A stretch of 64,000 bases of DNA from positions 94,521 through 158,520 of the forward strand of contig CAWDJY010000017.1 in assembly GCA_963802735.1 (NCBI GenBank), given 5' to 3'. This DNA comes from an uncultured Acidimicrobiaceae bacterium. GTDB lineage: Bacteria; Actinomycetota; Acidimicrobiia; Acidimicrobiales; RAAP-2. A program made the translations under genes and the position numbers. Of the stretch, positions 1-15,404 are shown in pieces (positions within the stretch are counted from its first letter, which is position 1; each line of letters opens with the position of its first letter). A model generated the notes under the pieces. The model had not been told where the DNA came from. It did not search any database and saw only the letters and a program-made list of their open reading frames with translations.

Positions 1-1
1 C

Positions 2-3407
<3,406 letters not shown>

Positions 3408-3415
<8 letters not shown>

Positions 3416-4838
3416 GACGACCGGCTTCCTCGAGTACCCGCGACAGGGCCCGCGACACCGGCCGGTGGCCGTGCGCCTGCGCGACTGGCGCGAAGTGTAC
3501 GAACCCCAGAGCGACGACGAGGTCTCGATCCAGGGTGCGCGCTGCATGGACTGCGGGATTCCGTTCTGCATGCAGGGCTGCCCGCTCGGCAATCGCATCC
3601 CGACCTTCAACGACCACGTCTACCGCACGCACTGGGAAGAGGCGGCCGAGCAGCTCTTCGACACCAACAACTTCCCCGAGTTCACCGGACGGCTCTGTCC
3701 CGCGCCGTGCGAGTCGGCCTGCGTGCTCGGCATCTCCGACAGCCCCGTCACGATCGAACGCATCGAGTACGAGGTGGTCGAACACGCCTTCGCCCACGGC
3801 TACCGGGTCGCCGACGTCGCGTCCACCAGCACCGGACAGCGCGTCGCCGTCGTGGGCTCCGGGCCGGCCGGGCTCGCCTGCGCCGCGCAACTCGCGAGCG
3901 TGGGTCACGAGGTCCACGTCTTCGAACGCAGCGACGCCATCGGCGGACTCCTGCGCTACGGCATCCCGGAGTTCAAGCTCGAGAAGGCGATCCTCGAACG
4001 ACGCCTCGCCGTGATGGCGGCCTCGGGCGTCTCCTTTCACACCAACGTGTGCGTGGGCGAGTCCGACGCGCCGCTCGAGGATTTCCAGCGCGACTTCGAC
4101 GCCGTCGTCCTCGCGCTCGGTTCGACGAGGCCGCGACTGATCCCGGTGCCGGGAGCGGACCTCGCCGGCGTGTACCCGGCGATGACGTATCTCGAAGCGG
4201 CCAACCGTGCGCTGCGCGACGAGACGCCGACGATCATTGACGCCGCCGATCGCCACGTCGTCATCCTGGGTGGCGGCGACACCGGCGCCGACTGCCTCGG
4301 CACCGTGCACCGTCAGGGCGCGCGTTCGGTCGTGCAGATCGAGATCCTCGACCGCCCGCCGGACGAGCGTCCGGAGGATCAGCCCTGGCCCACGATGGCG
4401 CGGATCTTCAAGTCGTCACCGGCCCACGACGAAGGTGGCGAGCGACGCTTCTCGACCGAGACCCTGGAGTTCCACGGGGACGAGCGGGTGGAACGCATCG
4501 TCGTACGCGACGACGCCTCGGGCGAATCGCTCGTGATGGCGGCCGATCTCGTGTTGATCGCGGCCGGCTTCGTCGGTCCGGAGCTTGAGCGCCTCGGCCT
4601 CACGGATGAACGCTTCGTCACGTCGCGCGCCACGTTGTCGGTTGGGCGTGACTGGCGTGTCGCGGCCCTCGAGGGGTCGGCGCCGGTCTTCGCCTGCGGC
4701 GACGCCGTTCGCGGTCAGAGCCTGATCGTCTGGGCCATTGCCGAGGGTCGCAGCGCCGCCGCGGCGGTGGACGCGCGGCTCACGGGCCGAGCGAGCGCGC
4801 TGGCGGCGCCCGTGGAGCCGTACAGCCTCTCCTGGTAG
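3408..4838 (+). CDS. gltD: Glutamate synthase small subunit (NADPH)
   Basis: GTG at 3408 overlaps the gltB stop. N-terminus [12 protein letters not shown], Cys clusters CMDCGIPFC and CPAPCESAC, dinucleotide motif VGSGPAGL. Confidence 0.9.
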
Positions 4839-4898
4839 CGAACTCGGTTCGCCGCGCAGAGTTTGTAGCATCGTCGCAACAGGACTAGAGGGGGAACC

Positions 4899-6515
4899 GT
4901 GGAAAGCACGATGCAAGACGCGCCACTGCTCATCAGCAGCATCATCCGCCACGGCGAGTTCGTGTACGCCGACAAGAAAGTACTGACCGTCACGCCCGAC
5001 GGGGTCGAGGAGGCGACGTTCTACCAGGTCGCCAGGCGCGCGGAGCAGCTGGCCGCGGCGCTCGTGAAACTCGGCGTGAAGCCCGGTGACCGAGTGGCGA
5101 CGTTCATGTGGAACAACCAGGCGCACATGGAGGCCTACGTCGCGGTCCCGTGCATGGGCGCCGTCTTGCACACGCTCAACATCCGGCTCTTCCCCGAACA
5201 GTTGGCCTTCATCATCAACGACGCCGAGGACTTGGTCGTCATCGTCGATAGTTCCTTGATCACGGCCTTCGAGAAGGTGCGTGACCACATCCCGACGGTC
5301 AAGCACGTCATCGTCCACGGTCCCGACGAGGGTGCGGTGCTCGGCGAGACGATCGACTACGAGACCTTCCTCTCCGCCGAGTCACCCGGCTTCGAGTGGC
5401 CCGAACTCGACGAGCGATCGGCCGCGATCATGTGTTACACCTCCGGCACGACGGGCAACCCCAAGGGCGTCGTCTACTCCCATCGATCGACGTGGCTGCA
5501 CTCGATGGCCTCGACGACCACGAACTCGATCGGCTTCAGTGAACGCGACCGCTGCCTGTTGATCGTGCCCATGTTCCACGTCAACGCCTGGGGCGCCGCC
5601 TACACCGCGTTCCTCGCCGGCACCGAATTGATCATGCCCCAGATGTACCTCCAGGGCGAACCGATCGTCAAGATGATTCAAGAACTGCGCCCCACCATCT
5701 CCCTCGGCATCCCGACCATCTGGAACGACGTGTTGCGCGTCACCGAGGGCAAGTCCGACGCCGACCTCTCGAGCCTTCGCGGCATCGTGATCGGTGGCGC
5801 GGCCGTGCCGCGCGTGATGATCGAGGCGTTCCGTGACCGCTTTGGCATCGACGTGATCCAGGGTTGGGGGATGACCGAGACCAGTCCACTGGCCGCCGTG
5901 TCGATCCCGCCAGCGGGCACGCCGGCCGACATGGAGATCGACTACCGCGTGAAGGCGGGTCGCGTCGTCGCCGGTGTCGAGGTACGCGCCGTCGCCGAGG
6001 ACGGCACCGTCTTGCCGCGCGACGGCAAGACGGTCGGGGAGATCGAGATCCGCGGGCCGTGGATCACCGGGTCCTACTTCGGTGTGGACGCGTCCGATCG
6101 GTTCCACGACGGCTGGCTGCGCACCGGCGACATCGGCAACCTCGACGCGGAGGGCTTCTTGACGATCAGCGATCGCTCGAAGGACGTGATCAAGTCCGGC
6201 GGGGAGTGGATCAGCTCGGTCGACCTCGAGGGCACGTTGATGGCCCACCCGGCGGTCTTCGAAGCAGCGGTCATCGCCGTGCCCGACGAGCGCTGGCAGG
6301 AGCGGCCCCTGTGTTGCGTGGTGTTGCGACCGGGCGCGACCGCCAGCCCCGAGGAGCTCAAGGAGTTCCTGTCCACGCGCGTCGCGAAGTGGTGGCTCCC
6401 CGAACGTTGGGCCTTCATCGAGACCGTTCCCAAGACCAGCGTCGGCAAGTTCGACAAGAAGGTGTTGCGCGCCCAGTACGCCGAGGACGAGTTGCCGTTC
6501 GAGACCCTCGACTAG
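4899..6515 (+). CDS. AMP-dependent acyl-CoA synthetase/ligase (FadD-like)
   Basis: AMP-binding signature [19 protein letters not shown]-terminal [10 protein letters not shown]-like GGGGGA lies upstream of the GTG. Confidence 0.85.
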   Translation: MESTMQDAPLLISSIIRHGEFVYADKKVLTVTPDGVEEATFYQVARRAEQLAAALVKLGVKPGDRVATFMWNNQAHMEAYVAVPCMGAVLHTLNIRLFPEQLAFIINDAEDLVVIVDSSLITAFEKVRDHIPTVKHVIVHGPDEGAVLGETIDYETFLSAESPGFEWPELDERSAAIMCYTSGTTGNPKGVVYSHRSTWLHSMASTTTNSIGFSERDRCLLIVPMFHVNAWGAAYTAFLAGTELIMPQMYLQGEPIVKMIQELRPTISLGIPTIWNDVLRVTEGKSDADLSSLRGIVIGGAAVPRVMIEAFRDRFGIDVIQGWGMTETSPLAAVSIPPAGTPADMEIDYRVKAGRVVAGVEVRAVAEDGTVLPRDGKTVGEIEIRGPWITGSYFGVDASDRFHDGWLRTGDIGNLDAEGFLTISDRSKDVIKSGGEWISSVDLEGTLMAHPAVFEAAVIAVPDERWQERPLCCVVLRPGATASPEELKEFLSTRVAKWWLPERWAFIETVPKTSVGKFDKKVLRAQYAEDELPFETLD

Positions 6516-6712
6516 TGGAGTCCTTCGACACTCTGGCCGATGAGGTGGGCGCCCTCGAGAGTCGCGTCGCCGACGCCATCTTCGACACCGTGCGGGCTCA
6601 GCTGCGCGCCGAGGGCGCGGACGAGGCCAAGGAGTTGGAACGACGCCTGGCCAAGGTGCGCCGGAGCCTCCAGAAGGCCGAGATGTTGTTACGTGGCGCG
6701 AACGACGATTAG
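6515..6712 (+). CDS. Small helical hypothetical protein (65 aa)
   Basis: GTG overlaps the last nt of the upstream stop. Product [18 protein letters not shown]...AEMLLRGANDD looks like a coiled coil. No family recognised. Confidence 0.3.
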   Translation: MESFDTLADEVGALESRVADAIFDTVRAQLRAEGADEAKELERRLAKVRRSLQKAEMLLRGANDD

Positions 6713-7683
6713 GACCAGTCGTTGATCTGATTGATCAGCAGCCGCAGGTTCACGTAGTTGCGCCCGTCGAACGCAAAGGAGATCGTGGCGTCGTCCTCGA
6801 GGACGAAACCTTGACCTTGGGCGAAGCGTGGCACGATCGTCGCGAGCGTCGCGAGTTGCTCGGCACTCGGGCGGCGCCGGATCTGGACGTAGCCACGATC
6901 ACCGCGAACGTCGAAGCGCACGTAGTTGGAGAAGAAGTGGTCGATCTCGGCCGCCGCCGCCTCGACCGTGGAGCAGACGCACACGAGGCACATGTCGAAC
7001 TCGTCGATGTAGTGGTCGGCGATGACCGCGTGGTTCACGAAGTCCATCCACTGGCGCCAGAAGGTGCCGTCCGGCGTGTCGACCAGGACGACCGGCGCCG
7101 GGGAGGTCTTGCCGGTGTGCAGCAACGTGAGGACCTCGAAGGTCTCGTCCATGGTGCCGAGACCGCCGGGGAAGATGGCGAACGCGTTCGAGGGTCGTGT
7201 CATGGCGACCTTGCGCGTGAAGAAGTACTGCATCGCCACGAGCATCGTCTCGGCGTCGATGTACGGGTTGGAGAACTGCTCGAAGGGCAGTTCGATGTTT
7301 ACGCCGAGCGTGTGCTCGCGACCGGCGCCCTTGGCCGACGCCTCCATGATCCCCGGTCCGGCGCCCGAGATGATCATCCAGCCGCGTTCGGCCATCACGG
7401 CGCCGAGTTCACGAGCCATCTCGTAGAGCGGGTTCGACGCGTCCGTGCGCGCCGAACCGAAGATGGCGAGCTTGGGGACGTCGCGCCAGAACGAGAAGAG
7501 CGTCGAGGCCTCGGTCAGCTCGTTGAGCGCCTGCACCGCGACGCGCAGGTCGCCGAGGTCGTGGTCGACCATCGCCAGGTCCACGAAGCGCACGAGCAGG
7601 GCCCGCAGCACTTCGATGCGCTCGTCGGTGAGCGAGGAGTCGCGCCGCAGCGCGTCGAGGAACCCATCGATCAATTCGTCCAC
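6709..7683 (-). CDS. LOG-family (TIGR00730-like) protein
   Basis: PGGLGTMDE and GSAR motifs. Start trimmed to GTG 7683, 2 nt after the fbiC stop. The rest of the 500-aa ORF overlaps fbiC. Confidence 0.8.
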   Translation of the reverse strand: MDELIDGFLDALRRDSSLTDERIEVLRALLVRFVDLAMVDHDLGDLRVAVQALNELTEASTLFSFWRDVPKLAIFGSARTDASNPLYEMARELGAVMAERGWMIISGAGPGIMEASAKGAGREHTLGVNIELPFEQFSNPYIDAETMLVAMQYFFTRKVAMTRPSNAFAIFPGGLGTMDETFEVLTLLHTGKTSPAPVVLVDTPDGTFWRQWMDFVNHAVIADHYIDEFDMCLVCVCSTVEAAAAEIDHFFSNYVRFDVRGDRGYVQIRRRPSAEQLATLATIVPRFAQGQGFVLEDDATISFAFDGRNYVNLRLLINQINDWS

Positions 7684-7685
7684 GG

Positions 7686-9944
7686 CTACAACGTCTGATA
7701 GAGGGTGCTGCGCTGGACCAGGGGACGCCCCAACGGCTCGACGAGGGCCCGCAAGGTGTCGACGTCCATCTCCTGGCCGTGGCTCGCGCCCGCCGCCCGT
7801 GAGATGTTCTCGTCCATCAACGTGCCGCCGACGTCGTTCGCCCCGGCGGCCAGTATGCGCCGCGAACCTTCCACGCCCATCTTGACCCAGCTCACCTGGA
7901 TGTTGTCGATGAGCGTGGCGTAGTGGAGTCGCGCGACCGAGTGCATCAACACGGCCTCGCGGAACGTCGGACCTCGCCGGGCGCGACCTTGGAGGAAGAT
8001 CGGCGTCGCCATGTGGACGAAGGGGAGTGGCACGAACTCGGTGAAGCCGCCCGTCTCGCGCTGCAGGTCGCGCGTACGCAACAAGTGGGTGACCCAACTG
8101 TCCACGCCCTCGACGGCGCCGAACATGATCGTGATGTTCGAATGAAGGCCGACGCTGTGTGCTGCGCGGTGGACCTCGAGCCACTGATCGGAGTTGATCT
8201 TGTCGGGGCACAGGACCTTGCGGACGTCGTCGTCCAGGATCTCCGCGGCCGTGCCCGGCAGCGTCTTCAGACCGGCGTCCTTGAGGCGCGTCAGGTACGT
8301 CACGAGATCCTGTTCGGAACGCCGCGCACCCTCGAAGACCTCGAGCGCGCTGAACGCGTGGATGTGGATCCTCGGTGAACCGGCGCGCACGGCCGCCACC
8401 ACGTCGATGTAGTAGTCACCATCGAACTTGGGATGGATGCCGCCCTGGAGGCAGACCTCCGTTGCCCCCTTGGCCTCGGCCTCGCGGACCCGCTCGCTGA
8501 TCTCGTCGAGGGTCAACAGGTAGGGGTCGCCGCGCAGGTTCAACGAGAGCGGACCTTTGGAGAACGCGCAGAACCGGCACTTGAAGGTGCAGACGTTGGT
8601 GTAGTTGATGTTGCGGTTGATGACGAAGGTGACGGCGTCGCCGACGAGGTCACGCCGCACCGCGTCGGCGCGTTCGACCACGGCGTTGTAGTCGGCGCCA
8701 CGGGCCCAGAAGAGCGTGCGCAGTTCCTCGCGGTCGAAGTCGTAGCCCGGTTCGTAGCGCGCGAGCAGGGACGTGACCTCGCTGGTGCGCGACCTGGTGG
8801 TCGGCGCGCTCGGCGGTGTCACTTCGGTGCCCGAGGCCCAGACGTCGTTGCGCGCGAGGAACGTCGAGTCGGCGTGCGCGAGTACGGAGGGGCGGACCTT
8901 GTCGTCGAGGAAGCCGACGGTGGCGATGAACTCGGGGTAGACGGTGAGTCGCGGTTCGAGGTTGAAACCGCGGGCGTCGCACTCCTCGCCCAGCACCGCG
9001 ACGGCCGGCCAGGCCCGTTCGGGGTTGACGTGGTCGGCCGTGACCGGCGAGATGCCGCCGAAGTCGTCGATGCCGAAGTCCAGCAGCCGCGTGGGATCGT
9101 CGCTCAGGTTCGGCGGCGCCTGGAGGTGGATCGACGACGGCAGGATCAGGCGCGCGACGCTGATCGTCCAGTGGAACTCCTCGTCGCTGGCGGCCGGTTC
9201 GTGGGCCATCGCGGTGCGCGCCTTGGGCAAGAAGTTCTGGATGATCACCTCTTGGACGTGACCGAACTCCTCGTGGGACTGGGCGATCGCCTCGAGCGTC
9301 GCGACACGCTCAGCCCGCGTCTCGCCGATGCCGACGAGCAGACCGGTCGTGAAGGGTATCTGCAGCTCACCGGCGAAGCGCAGCGTGTCGAGACGACGCT
9401 GCGGCTCCTTGTCCGGGGCCAGTCGATGCGCCGCGAGGTCGGCCAGGGCTTCGATCATCATCCCCTGTGACGCCGCGACGGTTCGCAGTTGGGCGAGTTC
9501 GTGACGGTAGAGCGCGCCGGCGTTCGCGTGCGGAAGGAGTCCCGTGCTCTCGAGGACCATCTGCGCCGCGTTGGCGACGTAGTCGACCGTCGACTCGTAC
9601 CCGCGCGCGGCGAGCCAGCGCGCGGCTTCGTCGTAGCGAAGTTCCGGGCGTTCACCCAACGTGAAGAGCGCCTCGGTGCAACCGGCGTCGCGGCCGGCCT
9701 GGGCGACGGCCATCACCTCGTCGAGGCCCATGTACGGCGACTCGACGTGCGCCGGCGCCTGGGCGAACGTGCAGTAGCCGCAGCGATCGCGACAGAGCTT
9801 GGTCAACGGGATGAAGACCTTGGGGGAGTAGGTGACGACGTAGCCGTGCGCCGAGCGCGCCTTGGCGTAGGCCGCGCTCGCGAGCTCTTCGAGGGGAAGT
9901 GCGAGGAGTTCGGATTTCGTGGTGGCCCCGCGCGACGACGTCAT
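7686..9944 (-). CDS. fbiC: FO synthase, fused CofG/CofH (F420 chromophore biosynthesis)
   Basis: Two radical-SAM CxxxCxxC motifs (CRDRCGYC and CTFKCRFC) in one 752-aa protein. Confidence 0.9.
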   Translation of the reverse strand: MTSSRGATTKSELLALPLEELASAAYAKARSAHGYVVTYSPKVFIPLTKLCRDRCGYCTFAQAPAHVESPYMGLDEVMAVAQAGRDAGCTEALFTLGERPELRYDEAARWLAARGYESTVDYVANAAQMVLESTGLLPHANAGALYRHELAQLRTVAASQGMMIEALADLAAHRLAPDKEPQRRLDTLRFAGELQIPFTTGLLVGIGETRAERVATLEAIAQSHEEFGHVQEVIIQNFLPKARTAMAHEPAASDEEFHWTISVARLILPSSIHLQAPPNLSDDPTRLLDFGIDDFGGISPVTADHVNPERAWPAVAVLGEECDARGFNLEPRLTVYPEFIATVGFLDDKVRPSVLAHADSTFLARNDVWASGTEVTPPSAPTTRSRTSEVTSLLARYEPGYDFDREELRTLFWARGADYNAVVERADAVRRDLVGDAVTFVINRNINYTNVCTFKCRFCAFSKGPLSLNLRGDPYLLTLDEISERVREAEAKGATEVCLQGGIHPKFDGDYYIDVVAAVRAGSPRIHIHAFSALEVFEGARRSEQDLVTYLTRLKDAGLKTLPGTAAEILDDDVRKVLCPDKINSDQWLEVHRAAHSVGLHSNITIMFGAVEGVDSWVTHLLRTRDLQRETGGFTEFVPLPFVHMATPIFLQGRARRGPTFREAVLMHSVARLHYATLIDNIQVSWVKMGVEGSRRILAAGANDVGGTLMDENISRAAGASHGQEMDVDTLRALVEPLGRPLVQRSTLYQTL

Positions 9945-10004
9945 TGCGACATCCTAGGGCGCGCCCCTCGCGCCCTGAACCGGCCCGACGTCGATTCACC
10001 CCGG

Positions 10005-11117
10005 CTAGGCGCGAGCGTCGATCTTCCCCTTCACGGTCGCGAGCAGTTCCTCGTACGACGTGACGAACGCCGTGACGCCGTCGATCTCGAGCTTCTCGGT
10101 TACGGCGGCGAGCGAGACGTTGTCCGGCAACTGCGCGAGGAGGGCGGCGGCGGCGGCGATGCTCTCGTCGTTTCCCAACTCCGAGGCGTCGAAGTTCCCG
10201 TGGTCGAGCGTCGCCGCCAGCGTGGTGTCGGGCATCGTGTTCACGGTCTCGTCACCGACGATGGTGTCGACGTAGAGCAGGTCGAAGTACGCCGGATTCT
10301 TCGTCGAGGTCGACGCCCACAGCGGACGCTGAACCTGGGCTCCCGCGTCGAAGAGCGCCGTGGCGCGATCGCTCGACATACGACGACGGAACAGTTGGTA
10401 CGCCCCGGCCACCTGCGCGTTCGCCGTGGTGCCACGACGGGGATCGCCCTCGGGCAACAGCGCGTCGACGGCCACGTCGACGCGCGAGACGAAGAACGAC
10501 GCGACACTGCCGATCGAACTGACGTCACTGCGACGTTTCAGGGCGAGCTCGAGTCCCTCCATCCACGCCGTGATCACGTCGTTGTAGCGATCGAGGGAGA
10601 AGATCAGCGTCACGTTGACGTTGATGCCGGCGCCCAGGACCTCGGTGATCGCCGGGAGGCCCTCTTTGGTGGCGGGGATCTTGATCATGACGTTGGGGCG
10701 ACCGACCTCGGCGGCCAGGCGCTTCGCGGCGGTCACCGTGGCGACGGTGTCGCGCGCGAGTCGCGGCGATACCTCGAGCGAGACGAACCCGTCACAGTAG
10801 CGACGCTCTTTCGCGGCGAAGGCTCCGAGCGACGCGGTGTGCACCGAGCTCAAGACGTCACAGGCGTCGCGCACGTCGCGCACCGCCAACTCTTCGAAGA
10901 GGACTTCGACGTCCACGTCGGCCTTACCCTCGAGCATGTCGTCGTACGCCGAGGACGTCGCCAGGGTCTTGGCGAATATCGACGGGTTGGACGTCACGCC
11001 GCGCACTCCTTCGGCGACCATGCCGGCGAGGGTGCCGTCGTTCAGCCAGTCCCGACGGATGTTGTCGATCCAAGGGCTCTGTCCGTAGTCCGCGAAAAGT
11101 TCATCCAACTTGGTCAT
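10005..11117 (-). CDS. tal: Transaldolase
   Basis: N-terminus MTKLDELFADYGQSPWIDNIRRDW, actinobacterial long-type transaldolase. ATG 11117 overlaps the tkt stop (ATGA). Confidence 0.9.
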   Translation of the reverse strand: MTKLDELFADYGQSPWIDNIRRDWLNDGTLAGMVAEGVRGVTSNPSIFAKTLATSSAYDDMLEGKADVDVEVLFEELAVRDVRDACDVLSSVHTASLGAFAAKERRYCDGFVSLEVSPRLARDTVATVTAAKRLAAEVGRPNVMIKIPATKEGLPAITEVLGAGINVNVTLIFSLDRYNDVITAWMEGLELALKRRSDVSSIGSVASFFVSRVDVAVDALLPEGDPRRGTTANAQVAGAYQLFRRRMSSDRATALFDAGAQVQRPLWASTSTKNPAYFDLLYVDTIVGDETVNTMPDTTLAATLDHGNFDASELGNDESIAAAAALLAQLPDNVSLAAVTEKLEIDGVTAFVTSYEELLATVKGKIDARA

Positions 11118-13111
11118 CGCTTGTCTCCTAGCCCTTCGTGCACGTGCGCGACCACCGTCGCCGCGTTGATGTTGAAGTAGTCCATGACGTAACTGCCGGG
11201 GGCCGACATGCCAAAGGAGTCGATGCCGATCGCCTGGTCCACGTACTTCGTCCACCCTAGGGTGGCGCCGGCTTCGAGTGACACCGACGGTATGTCGCGG
11301 CGCAGGACGCCCTGTCGGTAGTCGCTCGCCTGGGCGTCGAAACAGCGCCAGCAGGGCAACGCGACGACGCGAGTGACGATGCCTTCGCCGGCGAGGGTGT
11401 CGTTCGCGCTGAGACAGTGTTGGACCTCGGAGCCGGTCGCGACCAACGTGAACACCGCGTCCGGGTTCTCGCGAACGACGTAGCCGCCACGACGGGCGTT
11501 CAGCTTCGAGGACGCGGCGTCGGACTCGTTGAAGACCGCCACGTCCTGGCGCGAGAGGACCATGGCGGTCGTCACGGGCTCGGGGGCGCTCAAGAACTGC
11601 TCCACGAGGTCGAGCGTCTCATTGGCGTCCGAAGGTCGCACCACGTGCAGGTGCGGCATCGCGCGCAGCGCCATCAGGTGCTCCACGGGCTCGTGCGTCG
11701 GTCCGTCCTCGCCGACGCCTACGGAGTCGTGCGTGTACACGAACATCACGCCGGCGTCACTCAGGGCCGCCAGTCGCACGGCGGGGCGCGCGTAGTCACT
11801 GAAGACGAAGAACGTCGATCCGAGGGGACGAAAGCCTCCGTGCAGCGCCTGTCCGGTCAAGTTGGCGCTCATCGCGAGTTCGCGGATTCCGTAGTGGAAC
11901 TGACGGCCCGCGGGGTTGCCGACGTTCTGGACCGTCAGCGCTGACAGGGTCATGCCGGTGTTGTCGGTCAGGTCGGCCGAACCCGCCGTGATGCCGGGCG
12001 TCTGGACGGCGTAGGTGTCCATCGCGCGCTGGATCGCCTTGCGCGTGGCGACCTTGGTGCCGGGCGCGAACTGCTCCGGCCGCGTCGTGACCTTCGCCGC
12101 ACCGTTGTCGTTGAGCTGCTCGAGGAGCGTCGCCCCACGCTGGCCCGCGGCCGTGATCCTCGATTCCCACGCCAGTCGTTCGTCGCGACGGCCCTCGAGG
12201 GACAAGAGGCACTGCGCGCGCACCGTCGGGTCGAAGTGAAAGGCCTCGTCCACCACGCCCAGGATCTTCTTGGCCTCGGTGATGACAGCGGGTTTAAACG
12301 GGGATCCGTGCGCCTCGCGATTGTCCATCATCTCGGGCGATGGGAAGCCAATGTGCGAACGCACCACGATCAACGTCGGACGAGCGGTCTCGGCCATGGC
12401 CTCACGCATCGCGTGCTCGAGGACGTCGAGGTCGTTCGCCTGGTCGCCCACGTCGATCACGTGCCAGCCGTAGGCCGTGAAGCGCTCGACCGCGTCATCG
12501 CGGTAGGCCAGTTCGGTCGCCCCGTCGATCGTGATGTGGTTGTTGTCGTAGAACACGGTGAGGTGGTCGAGGCCCAGCGAACCGGCCAGCGACGCGGCCT
12601 CGTGACTCACGCCCTCCTCGAGACAGCCGTCCCCGGCGACGACCCACGTGCGGTGATTCACCAGTTCCGATCCGAAGTCATTGCGCAGGATCCGCTCGGC
12701 GATCGCCATGCCGACCCCGTTGGCGATGCCCTGACCGAGCGGGCCGGTGGTCACCTCGACGGTCGGCGCGCAGTGGCGCTCGGGGTGGCCCGGCGTCCGG
12801 GAGTGCGGCTGGCGAAAGGCCCGCAGGTCGTCGACCGAGAGGTCGTAACCGAACTCGTGCGCGAGCGCGTACTGCAGGATGCAGGCGTGTCCGTTGCTCA
12901 AGATGAAGCGGTCCCGGTCACTCCAGCCGGGGTCGGTGGGGTCGTGGCGCATGACGCGACCCCACAAGGTCACACCGAGCGGGGCCAGCGCCATGGCCGT
13001 CCCGCTGTGGCCGGAGTTGGCCGCCGCCGGGGCGTCCATGGCCACCGCGGCGATCTCGCGAATGGTCTTTCCTTCTAGTTCGCTGGCGCCGGGAAAGAGA
13101 GTGTCGGTCAT
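11114..13111 (-). CDS. tkt: Transketolase
   Basis: TPP-binding motifs (NSGHSGT, GDGCLEEGVSHEA). Start trimmed to ATG 13111 (MTDTLFPG...). Confidence 0.92.
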   Translation of the reverse strand: MTDTLFPGASELEGKTIREIAAVAMDAPAAANSGHSGTAMALAPLGVTLWGRVMRHDPTDPGWSDRDRFILSNGHACILQYALAHEFGYDLSVDDLRAFRQPHSRTPGHPERHCAPTVEVTTGPLGQGIANGVGMAIAERILRNDFGSELVNHRTWVVAGDGCLEEGVSHEAASLAGSLGLDHLTVFYDNNHITIDGATELAYRDDAVERFTAYGWHVIDVGDQANDLDVLEHAMREAMAETARPTLIVVRSHIGFPSPEMMDNREAHGSPFKPAVITEAKKILGVVDEAFHFDPTVRAQCLLSLEGRRDERLAWESRITAAGQRGATLLEQLNDNGAAKVTTRPEQFAPGTKVATRKAIQRAMDTYAVQTPGITAGSADLTDNTGMTLSALTVQNVGNPAGRQFHYGIRELAMSANLTGQALHGGFRPLGSTFFVFSDYARPAVRLAALSDAGVMFVYTHDSVGVGEDGPTHEPVEHLMALRAMPHLHVVRPSDANETLDLVEQFLSAPEPVTTAMVLSRQDVAVFNESDAASSKLNARRGGYVVRENPDAVFTLVATGSEVQHCLSANDTLAGEGIVTRVVALPCWRCFDAQASDYRQGVLRRDIPSVSLEAGATLGWTKYVDQAIGIDSFGMSAPGSYVMDYFNINAATVVAHVHEGLGDKR

Positions 13112-13168
13112 GGCTACGACAGTAGTGAATGGGCTCGCGCCGACGAGCGAGGGACCCACGGATAGCCT

Positions 13169-13573
13169 GTGGCGATGGCCCTCCAGGTACCGCCGAACTG
13201 CGATCTGACGCTGGGCCTGACGTGCGTGGAGAAGGGCGCCGACGCCACGACGGTGTGGCGGATGCGCGTCGACGAGCGCTTCCTCAATCCGGCGGGCATC
13301 GTGCAGGGCGGGTTCTTGTCCGCGATGATGGACTCGGCCATGGGCGCCTCGGCCGTGCTGAGCGTGCAGGACCGCAAGGTCTACGTCGCCAACACCGAGA
13401 TGAAGTCCTCCTTCCTTCGACCGGCGCGCAGCGGCGACGTCCTCACGTGCACGGCGACGGTCTTGAAGCCCGGCAAGGTCGTCGCGTTTTTGCAGGCGCG
13501 CGTCCTCGACGATCGGGGGAACCTGGTCTCGACGGCGAGTTCCACCTACCTGATCAAAGAGCGTGGTGAGTAG
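13169..13573 (+). CDS. PaaI/hotdog-fold thioesterase
   Basis: LNPAGIVQGGFLSAMMDSAMG hotdog motif, about 134 aa. Confidence 0.75.
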   Translation: MAMALQVPPNCDLTLGLTCVEKGADATTVWRMRVDERFLNPAGIVQGGFLSAMMDSAMGASAVLSVQDRKVYVANTEMKSSFLRPARSGDVLTCTATVLKPGKVVAFLQARVLDDRGNLVSTASSTYLIKERGE

Positions 13574-13582
13574 GCTGAGGTC

Positions 13583-13936
13583 GTGAAAAAGGCCACCTGG
13601 CGCAAGTTCCTGCGAGGCAACTCGCTGCAGCGCGACCTCGACGAGATCAAGAGTCTGGCCGTTCGCTACATCAAGGAAGAGACCATCCAGCCCCTCAAGG
13701 ACATGGGACGCTTCGTCGCGTGGGGAGCACTCGGCAGCCTGCTCGTGGGCTTCGGCTACTTCTTCTTGCTGTTCGGCGCCCTGCGATTCCTCCAGGACCA
13801 GTTCAAGGTGCTCGACGGGACGCTGTCGTGGATCCCGTACCTGATCGTCACCGTGTTGGCGACGGTCGTCATCGGTCTCACCGTCTGGCGGATCGTGAGC
13901 GGCACCGCCAAGAAACGGCTGAAGGACACCAAGTGA
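13583..13936 (+). CDS. Membrane protein (2 TM, holin-X/DUF-like)
   Basis: Amphipathic N-terminus followed by two hydrophobic helices. First gene in a chain of overlapping starts and stops. Confidence 0.55.
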   Translation: MKKATWRKFLRGNSLQRDLDEIKSLAVRYIKEETIQPLKDMGRFVAWGALGSLLVGFGYFFLLFGALRFLQDQFKVLDGTLSWIPYLIVTVLATVVIGLTVWRIVSGTAKKRLKDTK

Positions 13937-14127
13937 GAGAGCAGTCGGCCACCCGCCGCCAGCTCGAGGCGTCGATCCGAGCGCTGCTGCCGAGCCAAGA
14001 GGACCTCGAAGAGTTGACGCCGTCCAAGAACTCGGCCGCGTCGATCGCCGGCGTCGGTGGAATCATGACCGGCTACGTTTGGGGCCGCTACCGCGGCCGC
14101 CAGGTCCGCAAGAGGCGCGCGTCTTGA
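13933..14127 (+). CDS. Small protein with C-terminal TM segment (64 aa)
   Basis: GTG overlaps the upstream TGA (GTGA). C-terminal IAGVGGIMTGYVWG followed by a basic tail. Confidence 0.4.
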   Translation: MREQSATRRQLEASIRALLPSQEDLEELTPSKNSAASIAGVGGIMTGYVWGRYRGRQVRKRRAS

Positions 14128-14284
14128 TGCTGAAGCGCCTCTTCGGCTTCGCCACGGCGAGCGCGCTCGCCCAGGCGTGGGCGAAGAGATCCCCGAAGTG
14201 GCTCTCGGTCGCCGGCGCCCTCGTGCTCTTCCAGTTCTGGGACTCGCGCGCCGCGCGCGCGCCGGTACCCAAAAAATCGGCCAA

Positions 14285-14288
<4 letters not shown>
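14127..14288 (+). CDS. Small membrane protein (53 aa)
   Basis: The A of ATG 14127-14129 is the last base of the upstream TGA stop (sequence TGATG), and the ORF's own stop overlaps the trmI ATG. Hydrophobic product. Confidence 0.35.
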
Positions 14289-15387
<1,099 letters not shown>

Positions 15388-15404
15388 TCACCTAGGGTGA
15401 CGTT

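Noticed and set aside
7684-8211. N-terminal 176-aa extension of the LOG-family ORF (track ORF 6709-8211)
   Set aside because: It overlaps the well-supported fbiC coding region in another frame and has Arg/Gly/Pro-rich GC-artefact composition.
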